From Euryarchaeota archaeon UBA4 (GTDB lineage Archaea; Thermoplasmatota; Poseidoniia; Poseidoniales; Thalassarchaeaceae), in NCBI GenBank assembly GCA_002497985.1, contig DAFQ01000008.1, forward strand, positions 1 through 41,476: DNA of 41,476 nt, read 5' to 3'. The translations under genes and the position numbers were made by a program. Position 1 is the stretch's first letter, and every line of letters starts with the position of its first letter. The notes beneath the pieces are model-generated. The model saw nothing but the letters and a program-made list of their open reading frames with translations, did no database searches and had not been told where the DNA came from. Shown piece after piece: positions 22,082-30,313 of this stretch.

Positions 22082-22621
22082 ATGGCACGCAAGCCCGCAA
22101 AGATGTATCGTCAGGTGAAGGGTCAGTCTTTCACACGCAGGGAGTACTCTGGAGGAGTCCCCAACAATAGAATCCTGAGGTACTTCATGGGAAATAGGAA
22201 GGTTGCTGAAGCTGGAGAGTTCCCAGTCACTCTGGAATTAACTTCAGATAACACCTGCCAGATCAGGGATACGGCTCTTGAGGCTGCCAGACAGGTTTCA
22301 AATGCAACGATAAGGGAGTCAGCTGGGACTGAAGGATATGCCCTCAGAATTCATGTTTACCCCCATCAGATACTAAGAGAGAACAAGCAGGCCACTGGAG
22401 CAGGGGCCGACCGTGTTTCACAAGGGATGAGGCAGGCCTACGGAAAGAACGTGGGTACGGCTGCCCGAGTACTCAGGGGCCAGAGGGTGATTTCCATTCA
22501 CACCCTCCCAGAACACTATGACGCTGCTAGAGAATCACTGAGAAAGGCGAGTTGCAAGTTCCCAACGCCCTGCACCGTTAAGGTAGTCAAGGGAGCCGAG
22601 CAATTGAAGGGTAAAGTGTGA
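22082..22621 (+). CDS. rpl10e: 50S ribosomal protein L10e (uL16)
   Basis: 179 aa. MARKPAKMYRQVKGQSFTRREYSGGVP is the typical archaeal L10e N-terminus. Confidence 0.92.
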   Translation: MARKPAKMYRQVKGQSFTRREYSGGVPNNRILRYFMGNRKVAEAGEFPVTLELTSDNTCQIRDTALEAARQVSNATIRESAGTEGYALRIHVYPHQILRENKQATGAGADRVSQGMRQAYGKNVGTAARVLRGQRVISIHTLPEHYDAARESLRKASCKFPTPCTVKVVKGAEQLKGKV

Positions 22622-23211
22622 GGTTGGGGGGCATGGAGCCCGGCGACCCTCTATCTGTCCTACATGATTCCCTCAGAGGGGCACCAATAATCTGGAAGGG
22701 GGAATATCCCTACTTCATACACCCAATTTCTGATGGGATACCACGAATGGAAGCAAAGGTACTCAGAGCCACTAGGGATCTTATTGTCTCGATGGTTGAC
22801 TGGTCAAAAATAGATCTGATAGTGAGTGTGGAGGCCATGGGGCTGCCCCTTCTTGCAGCGGTTGGTGATGCATCTGGGAAACCGACCGTCGTCATTAGGA
22901 AGCGTTCCTATGGAATGGAAGGTGAGGTTCGAGTCGATGTATCGACTGGTTATTCCGAGTCTACGACATACATTAACGACATAAAACCAGGAGAGCGCGT
23001 CCTTATCGTCGATGATGTAATCTCCACGGGAGGGACCCTGGAGCCTATTCTTGAGGCCATAGAGAGAATGGGGGCAACCCTACAAGAAATCATCATTGCT
23101 ATTGAGAAGGGGGATGGTCGTGAGCGGCTTGCCTTAGAGAGGCCTAACTGGCCAATTAGAACTCTAGCCAGAATCGATATCATTGATGGAAAGGTCGAGA
23201 TTGTAGAGTGA
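22618..23211 (+). CDS. hpt: Archaeal-type hypoxanthine/guanine phosphoribosyltransferase
   Basis: 197 aa. KGEYPYFIHPISDGIP and PRPP loop VLIVDDVISTGGT. GTG start overlaps the rpl10e stop; alternative ATG at 22633. Confidence 0.75.
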   Translation: MRLGGMEPGDPLSVLHDSLRGAPIIWKGEYPYFIHPISDGIPRMEAKVLRATRDLIVSMVDWSKIDLIVSVEAMGLPLLAAVGDASGKPTVVIRKRSYGMEGEVRVDVSTGYSESTTYINDIKPGERVLIVDDVISTGGTLEPILEAIERMGATLQEIIIAIEKGDGRERLALERPNWPIRTLARIDIIDGKVEIVE

Positions 23212-23215
23212 TTTT

Positions 23216-24322
23216 ATGGATCTTGATAAGCATGATTTCCAGCTAGATGAGTTGGTTGACAGAATCAAGTCAAATGACAATAGATTAGTGGCTCTCCAAG
23301 TTCCCGAAGGGCTGAAGATGCAAGCTCTTGAGATGATGGATCAGATAGAGGATGGGTCGGGTGCCAAAGTGGTACTTGCGGCTGATCCTTGTTACGGGGC
23401 GTGCGATCTAGTCCATGACAAAATGATGGCTATGGGAGTGGAGTTAGTTGCCCACATGGGACACAGCCAAATGAACATAGATTCGGGCATGCCGACCCAA
23501 TTCATCCCAGTCACATATGAGGGAGAGCCGGAGATCGAGCCGGTGTTGGGTATTCTCGAAAGGCACAGAAGCCTATCCATGGAGAAACTAGAGGGTACCG
23601 CACCTTCCCAATTGAGTGAAGAAGAGGCACAAGACAGGTTTCTTGATGCGGTGGGAAGGGTTTCCCCCCTGAGCGATACCAGATTAGGACTTGTTGGATC
23701 GATACAGCACCTACACCTTCTCCCCAAGTACAAAGAAATGCTTGAGAAATCTGGATTTGAGGTAACAATACCAACTGGAGGGGACCGCTTGACTTTCCCG
23801 GGGCAAGTCCTTGGGTGCAACTATTCAGGTGACGACTCGACTATAGGACACTACCTGTTCCTTGGTTCGGGTGATTTCCACCCCATAGGGATGGTACTCC
23901 ACACTGGCAAGCCCCTAGCACTACTGGACCCCTACACGGGAGATGCAAGTGAGATGTCATTCTCCAGGATTGAAAGGATCCTCCGCCAGAGATTCGGGCT
24001 TATCATGGAAATAGGCAAAGCGGAGACATTCGGAATACTAATTGGCGAAAAGCCCGGACAGATGAGAAGGAACTTAGCAATACGGATGAAGAGAATACTC
24101 GAGAATCATGGCAAGAAGGGATACTTGCTTGCATTGGACCACGTTAGTCCGGATCTGATTGATTTCTACCCTGTGGACGCTTTCGTGAACACGGCTTGCC
24201 CCCGTATAGCAATAGATGACTCTGTGAGGTACGAGAAGCCCCTCGTCACTCCCTACGAGCTAGAAGTCTCCCTTGGAGAGAAGAGTTGGGAACATGGCTA
24301 CCAATTCGATGAAATCCCCTGA
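23216..24322 (+). CDS. dph2: Diphthamide synthesis protein Dph2 (2-(3-amino-3-carboxypropyl)histidine synthase)
   Basis: 368 aa. VALQVPEGLK, conserved Cys-containing segments (DPCYGACD, VLGCNY, NTACPR), and typical archaeal length. Confidence 0.82.
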   Translation: MDLDKHDFQLDELVDRIKSNDNRLVALQVPEGLKMQALEMMDQIEDGSGAKVVLAADPCYGACDLVHDKMMAMGVELVAHMGHSQMNIDSGMPTQFIPVTYEGEPEIEPVLGILERHRSLSMEKLEGTAPSQLSEEEAQDRFLDAVGRVSPLSDTRLGLVGSIQHLHLLPKYKEMLEKSGFEVTIPTGGDRLTFPGQVLGCNYSGDDSTIGHYLFLGSGDFHPIGMVLHTGKPLALLDPYTGDASEMSFSRIERILRQRFGLIMEIGKAETFGILIGEKPGQMRRNLAIRMKRILENHGKKGYLLALDHVSPDLIDFYPVDAFVNTACPRIAIDDSVRYEKPLVTPYELEVSLGEKSWEHGYQFDEIP

Positions 24323-24334
24323 TGGTCGTCCCAC

Positions 24335-25594
24335 TTGCATGGAGCAAGCGCCACCATCAAGGGCATCATTCAGAATATGTCTAAGAACGACGTTAGTACG
24401 ACTAGTGTGATGGCGGACTACATAGTAGACAGGATTGGCGCGGGCAAGGTCCTTCTGGACCGTGTCCCACTGTCATTCGACTGGACCCCTCCAGAATTGG
24501 TGGGAAGGGACCCGGAGTTGTCTGAACTCGCTTCAATGTTCCTTGGAATTGGTAGCGATGGAGTTAGTGGGCGCGCCGTAATAATGGGGCAAGTAGGAAC
24601 TGGCAAAACTGTACTCACGAAAAGATTCGGGGAAGACCTGACAAGGGCCCTAGACGGCAAGAGGAGGATTGTAGTGTCCCATGTCAACTGCAGAAACCAT
24701 CCATCGACCTCGCAAGTACTTCAGCAGATTGCAATTTCACTTGACTCTAGACACCCGGAACGTGGATTCAGCTCAGGAGAAATAATACAATCGATAAGGA
24801 GGAATATAAGATCCAGGAGGGGTCATCTTCTCCTGGTACTGGACGAAGTGGATGTCTTGATCAGACGAGACAGTCATGACTTGATATACAAACTTCTGAG
24901 GATCGATGAGGGCCAGGAGGGACATGGCTCTTTGTCACTGGTCCTGGTAAGTCAGGATAGCAACCTGCTAGAGCAAATGGAACCGGCAATAATATCCAGA
25001 CTGGGAGAGAGCAACGTCCTCCGACTCAGGCCGTATTCAGCAGAGGCCCTTGTCGGAATAGCGAGACAGCGTTACGAAGCATCCTGCAGGAGTGGTTCTT
25101 TCAGCGGGGAGGTCCTAGAAAAGATTGGTAGGTTCTCTGCAGAAACGGGCGATGCGCGGCTTGCCATAGAGCTCCTGGAAGCTGCTGTTAGGAGAGCTGA
25201 GGAAGCTGGAAGGGGAGAGGTTCTCCTTGAAGATGTGACTCCCAGCACGATAAGAACAGCATCTCTTGAGCCAAGTCAGATAGACGTATTGAGCGATCAC
25301 CAGAAACTTGTCCTATTGGGAATATGCAGGAGGCTGCGCAAGGAGGAGGAGGTTTCAAGCGGGGACGCTAGGAAGTTGTATGAGTTAGTGTGTGAAGAGT
25401 TTGAATTCAAAACCAGAAGTTACACCACTTTCTGGAAGCACCTGAAAACCCTCGAGAAGCAGGGCCTAGTGGAGACTAGATCAGCGAACTCTACAGTGGG
25501 AAGGGGCAGGACGCAGTACATCACTATGACCAACATAGCACCTGCAGGAATAGCTAGTCGTGTCGAGAAAGAGTTTGCTAAGCGGCAGAAGTGA
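24335..25594 (+). CDS. cdc6: Orc1/Cdc6 replication initiator
   Basis: 419 aa. LVGRDPEL, Walker A GQVGTGKTV, Walker B LLLVLDEVD, sensor-2 GDARLAIELL, and a C-terminal winged helix (LVETRSANSTVGRGRTQYITM). TTG start; alternative ATG at 24377. Confidence 0.9.
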   Translation: MHGASATIKGIIQNMSKNDVSTTSVMADYIVDRIGAGKVLLDRVPLSFDWTPPELVGRDPELSELASMFLGIGSDGVSGRAVIMGQVGTGKTVLTKRFGEDLTRALDGKRRIVVSHVNCRNHPSTSQVLQQIAISLDSRHPERGFSSGEIIQSIRRNIRSRRGHLLLVLDEVDVLIRRDSHDLIYKLLRIDEGQEGHGSLSLVLVSQDSNLLEQMEPAIISRLGESNVLRLRPYSAEALVGIARQRYEASCRSGSFSGEVLEKIGRFSAETGDARLAIELLEAAVRRAEEAGRGEVLLEDVTPSTIRTASLEPSQIDVLSDHQKLVLLGICRRLRKEEEVSSGDARKLYELVCEEFEFKTRSYTTFWKHLKTLEKQGLVETRSANSTVGRGRTQYITMTNIAPAGIASRVEKEFAKRQK

Positions 25595-25659
25595 CTTGGG
25601 ACCTATGCCGAACCGCTCTTATAGGGGCCTTATGTCGGGATGCCGTCCAAGGTGTAATT

Positions 25660-26157
25660 ATGGCGGGTGAGCAGTCCTTCAAGGCGGTTGTTAATGACAC
25701 GAACCCAAAGGCTGGAGGCCGTGCCTTCTCGGTAGACATAACTGGATCGAACTACAACCACTTCCTTGGAAAGAAGATAGGCGATGGCGTGGATGGCATG
25801 TTCGTCGGAGAGGGCGACCAAGCCCTTACGGGATACAGACTAGAAATCACAGGAGGGTCCGACCTAACAGGCAGACCAATGCGACCAGACCTAGATGGCA
25901 GTGGTGTCAAATCGGTACTGATTACCGCTGGAATCGGCTACAAGGGAAAGAAGTACGTGAAGAAAAAGGGTAAGACCTACCGTTACAAGTACGATGGGCT
26001 TAGGAGAAGGAGAAACCTTCGTGGAAATGTCATAAGCCAAGATACGAGGCAAATTAACCTGAAGATTGTTGAGGCCGGAAAGAGGCCCATAGGAGCCATC
26101 TTCGGCCTCGAAGAAGAGGTCGCAAATGTCGAGCAGTCCTCTGGTGAAGAGGAGTGA
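25660..26157 (+). CDS. rps6e: 30S ribosomal protein S6e
   Basis: The ORF opens at 25591; the ATG at 25660 is preferred. LEITGGSDLTGRPMRPDLDG and RRRRNLRGN are S6e-like. Acidic C-terminal extension. Confidence 0.88.
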   Translation: MAGEQSFKAVVNDTNPKAGGRAFSVDITGSNYNHFLGKKIGDGVDGMFVGEGDQALTGYRLEITGGSDLTGRPMRPDLDGSGVKSVLITAGIGYKGKKYVKKKGKTYRYKYDGLRRRRNLRGNVISQDTRQINLKIVEAGKRPIGAIFGLEEEVANVEQSSGEEE

Positions 26158-26167
26158 CCGGCAGGAG

Positions 26168-27418
26168 ATGGTTCAGCTGACTGGAGACCTACCTAGTCAG
26201 CCCGAAGTAAACATTGGAATGGTCGGACACGTAGATCATGGGAAGACCACACTGACCCAAGCCCTCTCCGGAACTTGGACGGACACCCACTCTGAGGAAA
26301 GGAAGAGGGGGATAAGCATCAAACTAGGTTATGCCGATACTGCATTCTACAAGTCCGAGGGAGGGGAATTCTATGCACGAGGGAAACATCCGGATGGCAA
26401 GGAAGATTCCGAAAGGGAACTTCTGCGCGTAGTCTCATTTGTTGATGCTCCGGGTCACGAGACTCTGATGGCAGTAATGATATCAGGTGCCGCAATAATG
26501 GATGGGGCGCTGCTTATGGTCGCTGCGAACGAGAAATGTCCTCAGGCGCAGACCAGGGAGCATCTAGCAGCCCTCCAGATCGCCGGCATAGAGAACATCG
26601 TGGTGGTTCAGAACAAGATAGACATAGTTAGTAGAGAAAGGGCCATTGAGTCTTTTGAGGAGATTAAGTCGTTTGTTGAGGGGACAATAGCACAAGACGC
26701 CCCGATTGTACCGGTCTCCGCTCATCATGATGTAAACTTGGACATACTAATCCAGGCAATAGAGGATACGATTCCGAGTCCGGAAAGAAGTTCTGATGAC
26801 GAGGGGCTGATGTACGTGGCACGTTCTTTCGACATCAACAGACCTGGTTCCAGGCCTGGTAAGCTGAAGGGAGGAATAATCGGAGGAAGTATCGTAGAAG
26901 GCTCCTTCAACGTCGGCGACTCAGTTCTTATTGCACCGGGAAGGCGTATTTCTGCAGGGGGGAAAACTCGCTGGGAGCCACTGAAGACGAAAATAGAGAA
27001 CATACAAGCGGGCGGACTAGACCTTGATTCTGCCCACGCAGGTGGGCTTTGCGGCATAGCTACCCCCATGGATCCGATGTCCACCAAGGCAGACGACCTT
27101 TCCGGGCAAGTCATGGCCAGAGAGGGAGAGCTGCCCCCAATTTGGGAGACTCTTGAACTCAAAATGGAGCTTCTTGAGAGAATGGTCTCTGGGGGCGAGG
27201 GCGAAGAGGACAAAGTAAAGCCACTTCAGACCAACGAGATGCTAATGGTAAACTCTGCAACTGCAACTAGTGTAGGAACCGTTTCTTCTTCGAAGAAGGG
27301 AGGGGCAACTCTGAATCTGAGGCTGCCAATATGTGCAAAGACTGGGAGTAGGATTACACTTTCCAGAAGAGTTGGTTCTCGGTGGCGATTGATCGGCCAT
27401 GGGACCATCACAGGGTGA
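26168..27418 (+). CDS. eif2g: Translation initiation factor aIF2 gamma subunit
   Basis: The ORF opens at 26126; the ATG at 26168 follows the rps6e stop. G1 GHVDHGKTT, G3 DAPGH, G4 NKID. Domains II and III are recognisable. Confidence 0.92.
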   Translation: MVQLTGDLPSQPEVNIGMVGHVDHGKTTLTQALSGTWTDTHSEERKRGISIKLGYADTAFYKSEGGEFYARGKHPDGKEDSERELLRVVSFVDAPGHETLMAVMISGAAIMDGALLMVAANEKCPQAQTREHLAALQIAGIENIVVVQNKIDIVSRERAIESFEEIKSFVEGTIAQDAPIVPVSAHHDVNLDILIQAIEDTIPSPERSSDDEGLMYVARSFDINRPGSRPGKLKGGIIGGSIVEGSFNVGDSVLIAPGRRISAGGKTRWEPLKTKIENIQAGGLDLDSAHAGGLCGIATPMDPMSTKADDLSGQVMAREGELPPIWETLELKMELLERMVSGGEGEEDKVKPLQTNEMLMVNSATATSVGTVSSSKKGGATLNLRLPICAKTGSRITLSRRVGSRWRLIGHGTITG

Positions 27419-27422
27419 TAAT

Positions 27423-27791
27423 ATGGCGGGCGTGCTCGTCGATTCGTGTGGTTGGGCCGCACTGATGGAATCTGGACTGAACATAGACACCGCAATGAGA
27501 GACGTGGTCGGAAATCCGGAGTTCTTCCTACTGGAGAGAGTACTGGAAGAGTTGAATGAGTTAGCTCTGGAGAAACGGGGTCTGCTGCTCAAACTCCTTG
27601 TGGCCAGATCAACCATAATTGAAAACCCGGAGGGGCTAAGACATACGGACGACATGCTATTACAACTATCCAAGGAAAATAGGTGGGCAGTACTGACCGT
27701 TGACACCAGACTCAAGGAAAGGTTGGCAATGTCGGGGTGCGGTTATATCGAAGTTGTCTCAGGAAGGATGCTTCGATTTATTGGACCTTAG
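27423..27791 (+). CDS. PIN-domain protein (the one conserved downstream of aIF2-gamma in archaea)
   Basis: 122 aa starting from the ATG at 27423. VLVDSCGW (first acidic residue), ELNELA, LTVDTRLKE. The position after aIF2-gamma matches a conserved archaeal neighbourhood. Confidence 0.6.
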   Translation: MAGVLVDSCGWAALMESGLNIDTAMRDVVGNPEFFLLERVLEELNELALEKRGLLLKLLVARSTIIENPEGLRHTDDMLLQLSKENRWAVLTVDTRLKERLAMSGCGYIEVVSGRMLRFIGP

Positions 27792-28081
27792 GGGAGGGTG
27801 AAAAGGACATCGTCGCCATGTCCGTCGAGAAGCCCTATCTTCACGGCTGCATCTAGCCATGCATGAGCATAGTTGATCGCACCGAAGGCCCTGACTAAGT
27901 CCCCCTTCTCCATGAAATGTGTGGCATCGGAGTGATAATTATCACACATCTCCAGCATTGAGGCAAGATTTCTGAGTTCATTCCCCTCTTTCGCCAGTGG
28001 TGTTGCCTTCTTTCTGGCTTCTCGTGTAATTCCCAAGTACTTCTCAACCAGTTCCCTGGTCACTAATTCTCCATCATTCAC
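27788..28081 (-). CDS. DUF357-family protein
   Basis: 97 aa. ...YHSDATHFMEKGDLVRAFGAINYAHAWLDAAVKIGLL resembles the archaeal DUF357 signature. Confidence 0.6.
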   Translation of the reverse strand: MNDGELVTRELVEKYLGITREARKKATPLAKEGNELRNLASMLEMCDNYHSDATHFMEKGDLVRAFGAINYAHAWLDAAVKIGLLDGHGDDVLFTLP

Positions 28082-28086
28082 CTCTA

Positions 28087-29982
28087 TTACCCTCCAAAAT
28101 GGCTGTATGCTGCTTCGCTAATCCTGAATAGCCGCTTTCTCCCCTGTTTCCTGACAGAAAGCAAGCCGGATCTGAATAGTTCATTGTAAATCTGAGAAAG
28201 CCTTGGCCTTCCAACCTCTAGCCTAGCCTGAAGTTCCGCATCAGAGGGAGATATTTCCCTAGCTGCTGATGCCTCTAGAATCATGATCTCTGCCTCATTC
28301 AATGAACCGAGTTTTGATTCGTCAAGCGGATTATCTGAGTCCCACTTTGGAGAGATAGAAATTCTAGGAGTTGTCTGCGGGACAATTGGTTCTGGGATTT
28401 CTTCCTCTAGCATATTTTCCTCGATTGGAGAGTCTTCTATTCCGAAAACAGCCCTAGGGGCCTCTGGAAACTGATTCTCAGATAGATCTGGGACGGTGGA
28501 GGCTGAGGATTCCTCGACCGACCAATACGCAGAATCAGTTGACATTACCCGTGATTCTGAATTTGACCTTACTGTGGCGTCTATAGGAGCTGATGAGTCT
28601 TCAATTGCACCCATCCCCATGTTTTCAGTTGGTTCTGAGAAGGTTGGTGACTCTTCTTTGCGTGGTTCGTGCTTTTGGTAGTTAGAGGCATCGATAATCT
28701 CAGTACCATCCGGAGTTGTGGGTTTTGAGGGGGCGCTCCTTGACCTAGCCGCTAAGCGATTGAAGCCGAATCCCGTTTCAAACATTGGCGGCTCTGTTCC
28801 GGGTTCGTAGACAAAGTCCTCGAGAGTTCCTTGTTTTTCAGGAACACGTGCATTCTCTTGTTCATGCCCCCCATTATCTTCCTCTTCCTCCCAGAGGTCA
28901 TCTGGATCTTCAGAAATCTCCTCGGGGAATTCAAGATTCTCGGGTTCTTCAGCTATTTCTTCTGGCGTTACTAGATATTCAAATGAATTTGGGGCATCTC
29001 GTGAATCTGTCTTATGATCGTCAACTAATTCGTCATCGATTTCGAAACTGTCGACTTCTACATTGTGCTCAATGACATCATTATTGGTGACATCTGGCAA
29101 TACTTCGGGAGTCGAGTTATCGCTAAATTGGGGGTTTTCCTCAATAATATCTCTACTCCCATCCTCGGCAATGCCACCCCTCCAATTCATGATTCTCTTC
29201 AAAGTCCCCTGCGACCCCACACCTCTCCTCTCATCCGTGAGGTCTCTTAGCAGCCTGATGACGTCACGAGGAGTGCCCCCTGTGGTCTCACGAATTGCAT
29301 CTAGCAACCTCGTATCAATTTTCCACTTTTCCTTGGCCTTACGTGAGACTAGATTATCCGATAGTTGCTGAATTTGTTGTGATGTAAGGCCCTCGAGGAA
29401 CTCTGGTTTGTCGAACATATCCAATGTTTCTTCGGTGATGGATGAAAGTTGAGAGGGAGTCAGTACCACAATCGTGAATGCCCTCAATCTCTGTAAGACA
29501 GGCGCGATTAAGGAAATAAATGGTGAAATATCCACTTCCGATGGATAATCAAATACGATTAACGGAAGAGATTCTGACTCGCGTTCCAGATTTCCTACCA
29601 ATCTATCTATCTTCAGCTGGGTAGACCTGGGTGGGTTGAAATCCCCGAAGTGAATTGTCAACTCATTTATCACTGAGTCGACCGGATCTTCCTCTGGCCA
29701 ATACTGGCCAACGAAGCTCCTGCTGGTTTGAGATGCCAATGCCCTGATCAGCGAAGTCCTTCCTGAGCCCCTTTCCCCAACAAGTATCGCCATCCTTGGT
29801 GACTTTGAGACGATGTGCTCCCTCCATTTCGCGAGAAGATAATCCCTGCCAACCAGATCCCCCGCCCTTCCACTTTCTATTGGCCTCAGATCGAATGGGT
29901 TTCCCCTCAAAGGAGGCAGGCCGAGAAGATCGATGTCCCTCTGGTCCATCATCGACTCGTCTAGTGGTTGAGTACATAACAT
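28087..29982 (-). CDS. Orc1/Cdc6-architecture protein: degenerate AAA+ module, about 300-aa acidic low-complexity linker, C-terminal winged helix
   Basis: 631 aa. NPFDLRP...DLVGRD lead-in. P-loop GERGSGRTS at 29752..29778, verified on the DNA, with AGG (Arg) where the Walker A Lys is expected. Walker B-like LIVFDY. Lid TTGGTPRDVIRLLRDL parallels the GDARLAIELL of the orc1 in this window. C-terminal LSQIYNELFRSGLLSVRKQGRKRLFRI looks like a wHTH. Confidence 0.6.
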   Translation of the reverse strand: MLCTQPLDESMMDQRDIDLLGLPPLRGNPFDLRPIESGRAGDLVGRDYLLAKWREHIVSKSPRMAILVGERGSGRTSLIRALASQTSRSFVGQYWPEEDPVDSVINELTIHFGDFNPPRSTQLKIDRLVGNLERESESLPLIVFDYPSEVDISPFISLIAPVLQRLRAFTIVVLTPSQLSSITEETLDMFDKPEFLEGLTSQQIQQLSDNLVSRKAKEKWKIDTRLLDAIRETTGGTPRDVIRLLRDLTDERRGVGSQGTLKRIMNWRGGIAEDGSRDIIEENPQFSDNSTPEVLPDVTNNDVIEHNVEVDSFEIDDELVDDHKTDSRDAPNSFEYLVTPEEIAEEPENLEFPEEISEDPDDLWEEEEDNGGHEQENARVPEKQGTLEDFVYEPGTEPPMFETGFGFNRLAARSRSAPSKPTTPDGTEIIDASNYQKHEPRKEESPTFSEPTENMGMGAIEDSSAPIDATVRSNSESRVMSTDSAYWSVEESSASTVPDLSENQFPEAPRAVFGIEDSPIEENMLEEEIPEPIVPQTTPRISISPKWDSDNPLDESKLGSLNEAEIMILEASAAREISPSDAELQARLEVGRPRLSQIYNELFRSGLLSVRKQGRKRLFRISEAAYSHFGG

Positions 29983-30313
29983 TCACGCTTACTTACGCTT
30001 AACAGACAATGAATTAACGTATTATTTCATATTTCAGAGGGTAAAAATTAGATTTATTTCATTCAGTATATCGTTTTCAAATAATTATCATTAACGTATT
30101 TCTAACGCTTTACAGATGCGTTAACAAAGCGTTAATGGGTAAATTAACGCTTTTTTAGAGTATAAAACGAGACCTGAGAGTCTATTGATTTGATGAATAA
30201 TTCAAAATTCGCAGTCTTTTCGAAGAATACATGATGGTCGAACTAAGGGCACCTGGAGAGGCTCTTTCCGCAAAATGTTAGAAGGCGCCTCCTGCCGACA
30301 GTGGATGATAGCA
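29983..30313. promoter_or_regulatory. Long AT-rich divergent intergenic control region (candidate origin and/or operator array)
   Basis: Longest noncoding stretch in the window and markedly AT-rich by eye. Lies between the divergent Orc-like gene and hmgA. Contains TATAAAA at 30161..30167 and many short repeats. Confidence 0.55.
29985..30152. repeat. Cluster of short direct and inverted repeats with TTAACG(C/T)/ACGCTT core
   Basis: ACGCTT at 29985, 29995, 30105 and 30147. ACGCTT(A/T)ACAGA at 29995..30006 and 30105..30116. TTAACGTATT at 30014..30023 and 30091..30100. TTATTTCAT at 30022..30030 and 30054..30062. GCGTTAA at 30118..30124 and 30129..30135, the latter inverted relative to TTAACGC at 30144..30150. 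Confidence 0.8.

Noticed and set aside
26725-27715. Minus-strand ORFs 26725..27213 (162 aa) and 27242..27715 (157 aa)
   Set aside because: They are antisense to the aIF2-gamma and PIN genes. They are Ser/Pro-rich shadow frames.
29985-30152. Possible CRISPR or mobile-element terminal repeats
   Set aside because: The repeats are only 6-12 nt and irregularly spaced, with mixed orientation. There are no spacers of uniform length and no cas or transposase genes nearby. This is not a CRISPR array or an IS end.
30190-30240. C/D-box sRNA-like elements (TGATGA at 30191, ATGATGG at 30230) in the AT-rich spacer
   Set aside because: No properly placed CTGA D or D' boxes and no terminal stem. The C-box lacks the preceding purine. 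The matches are expected by chance in AT-rich DNA.
30231-30281. 16-codon upstream ORF (MMVELRAPGEALSAKC) overlapping the first ATG of the hmgA ORF
   Set aside because: It is too short to evaluate and has no visible ribosome-binding or conservation evidence. The true hmgA start is probably further downstream at 30314. It is noted only as a possibility.
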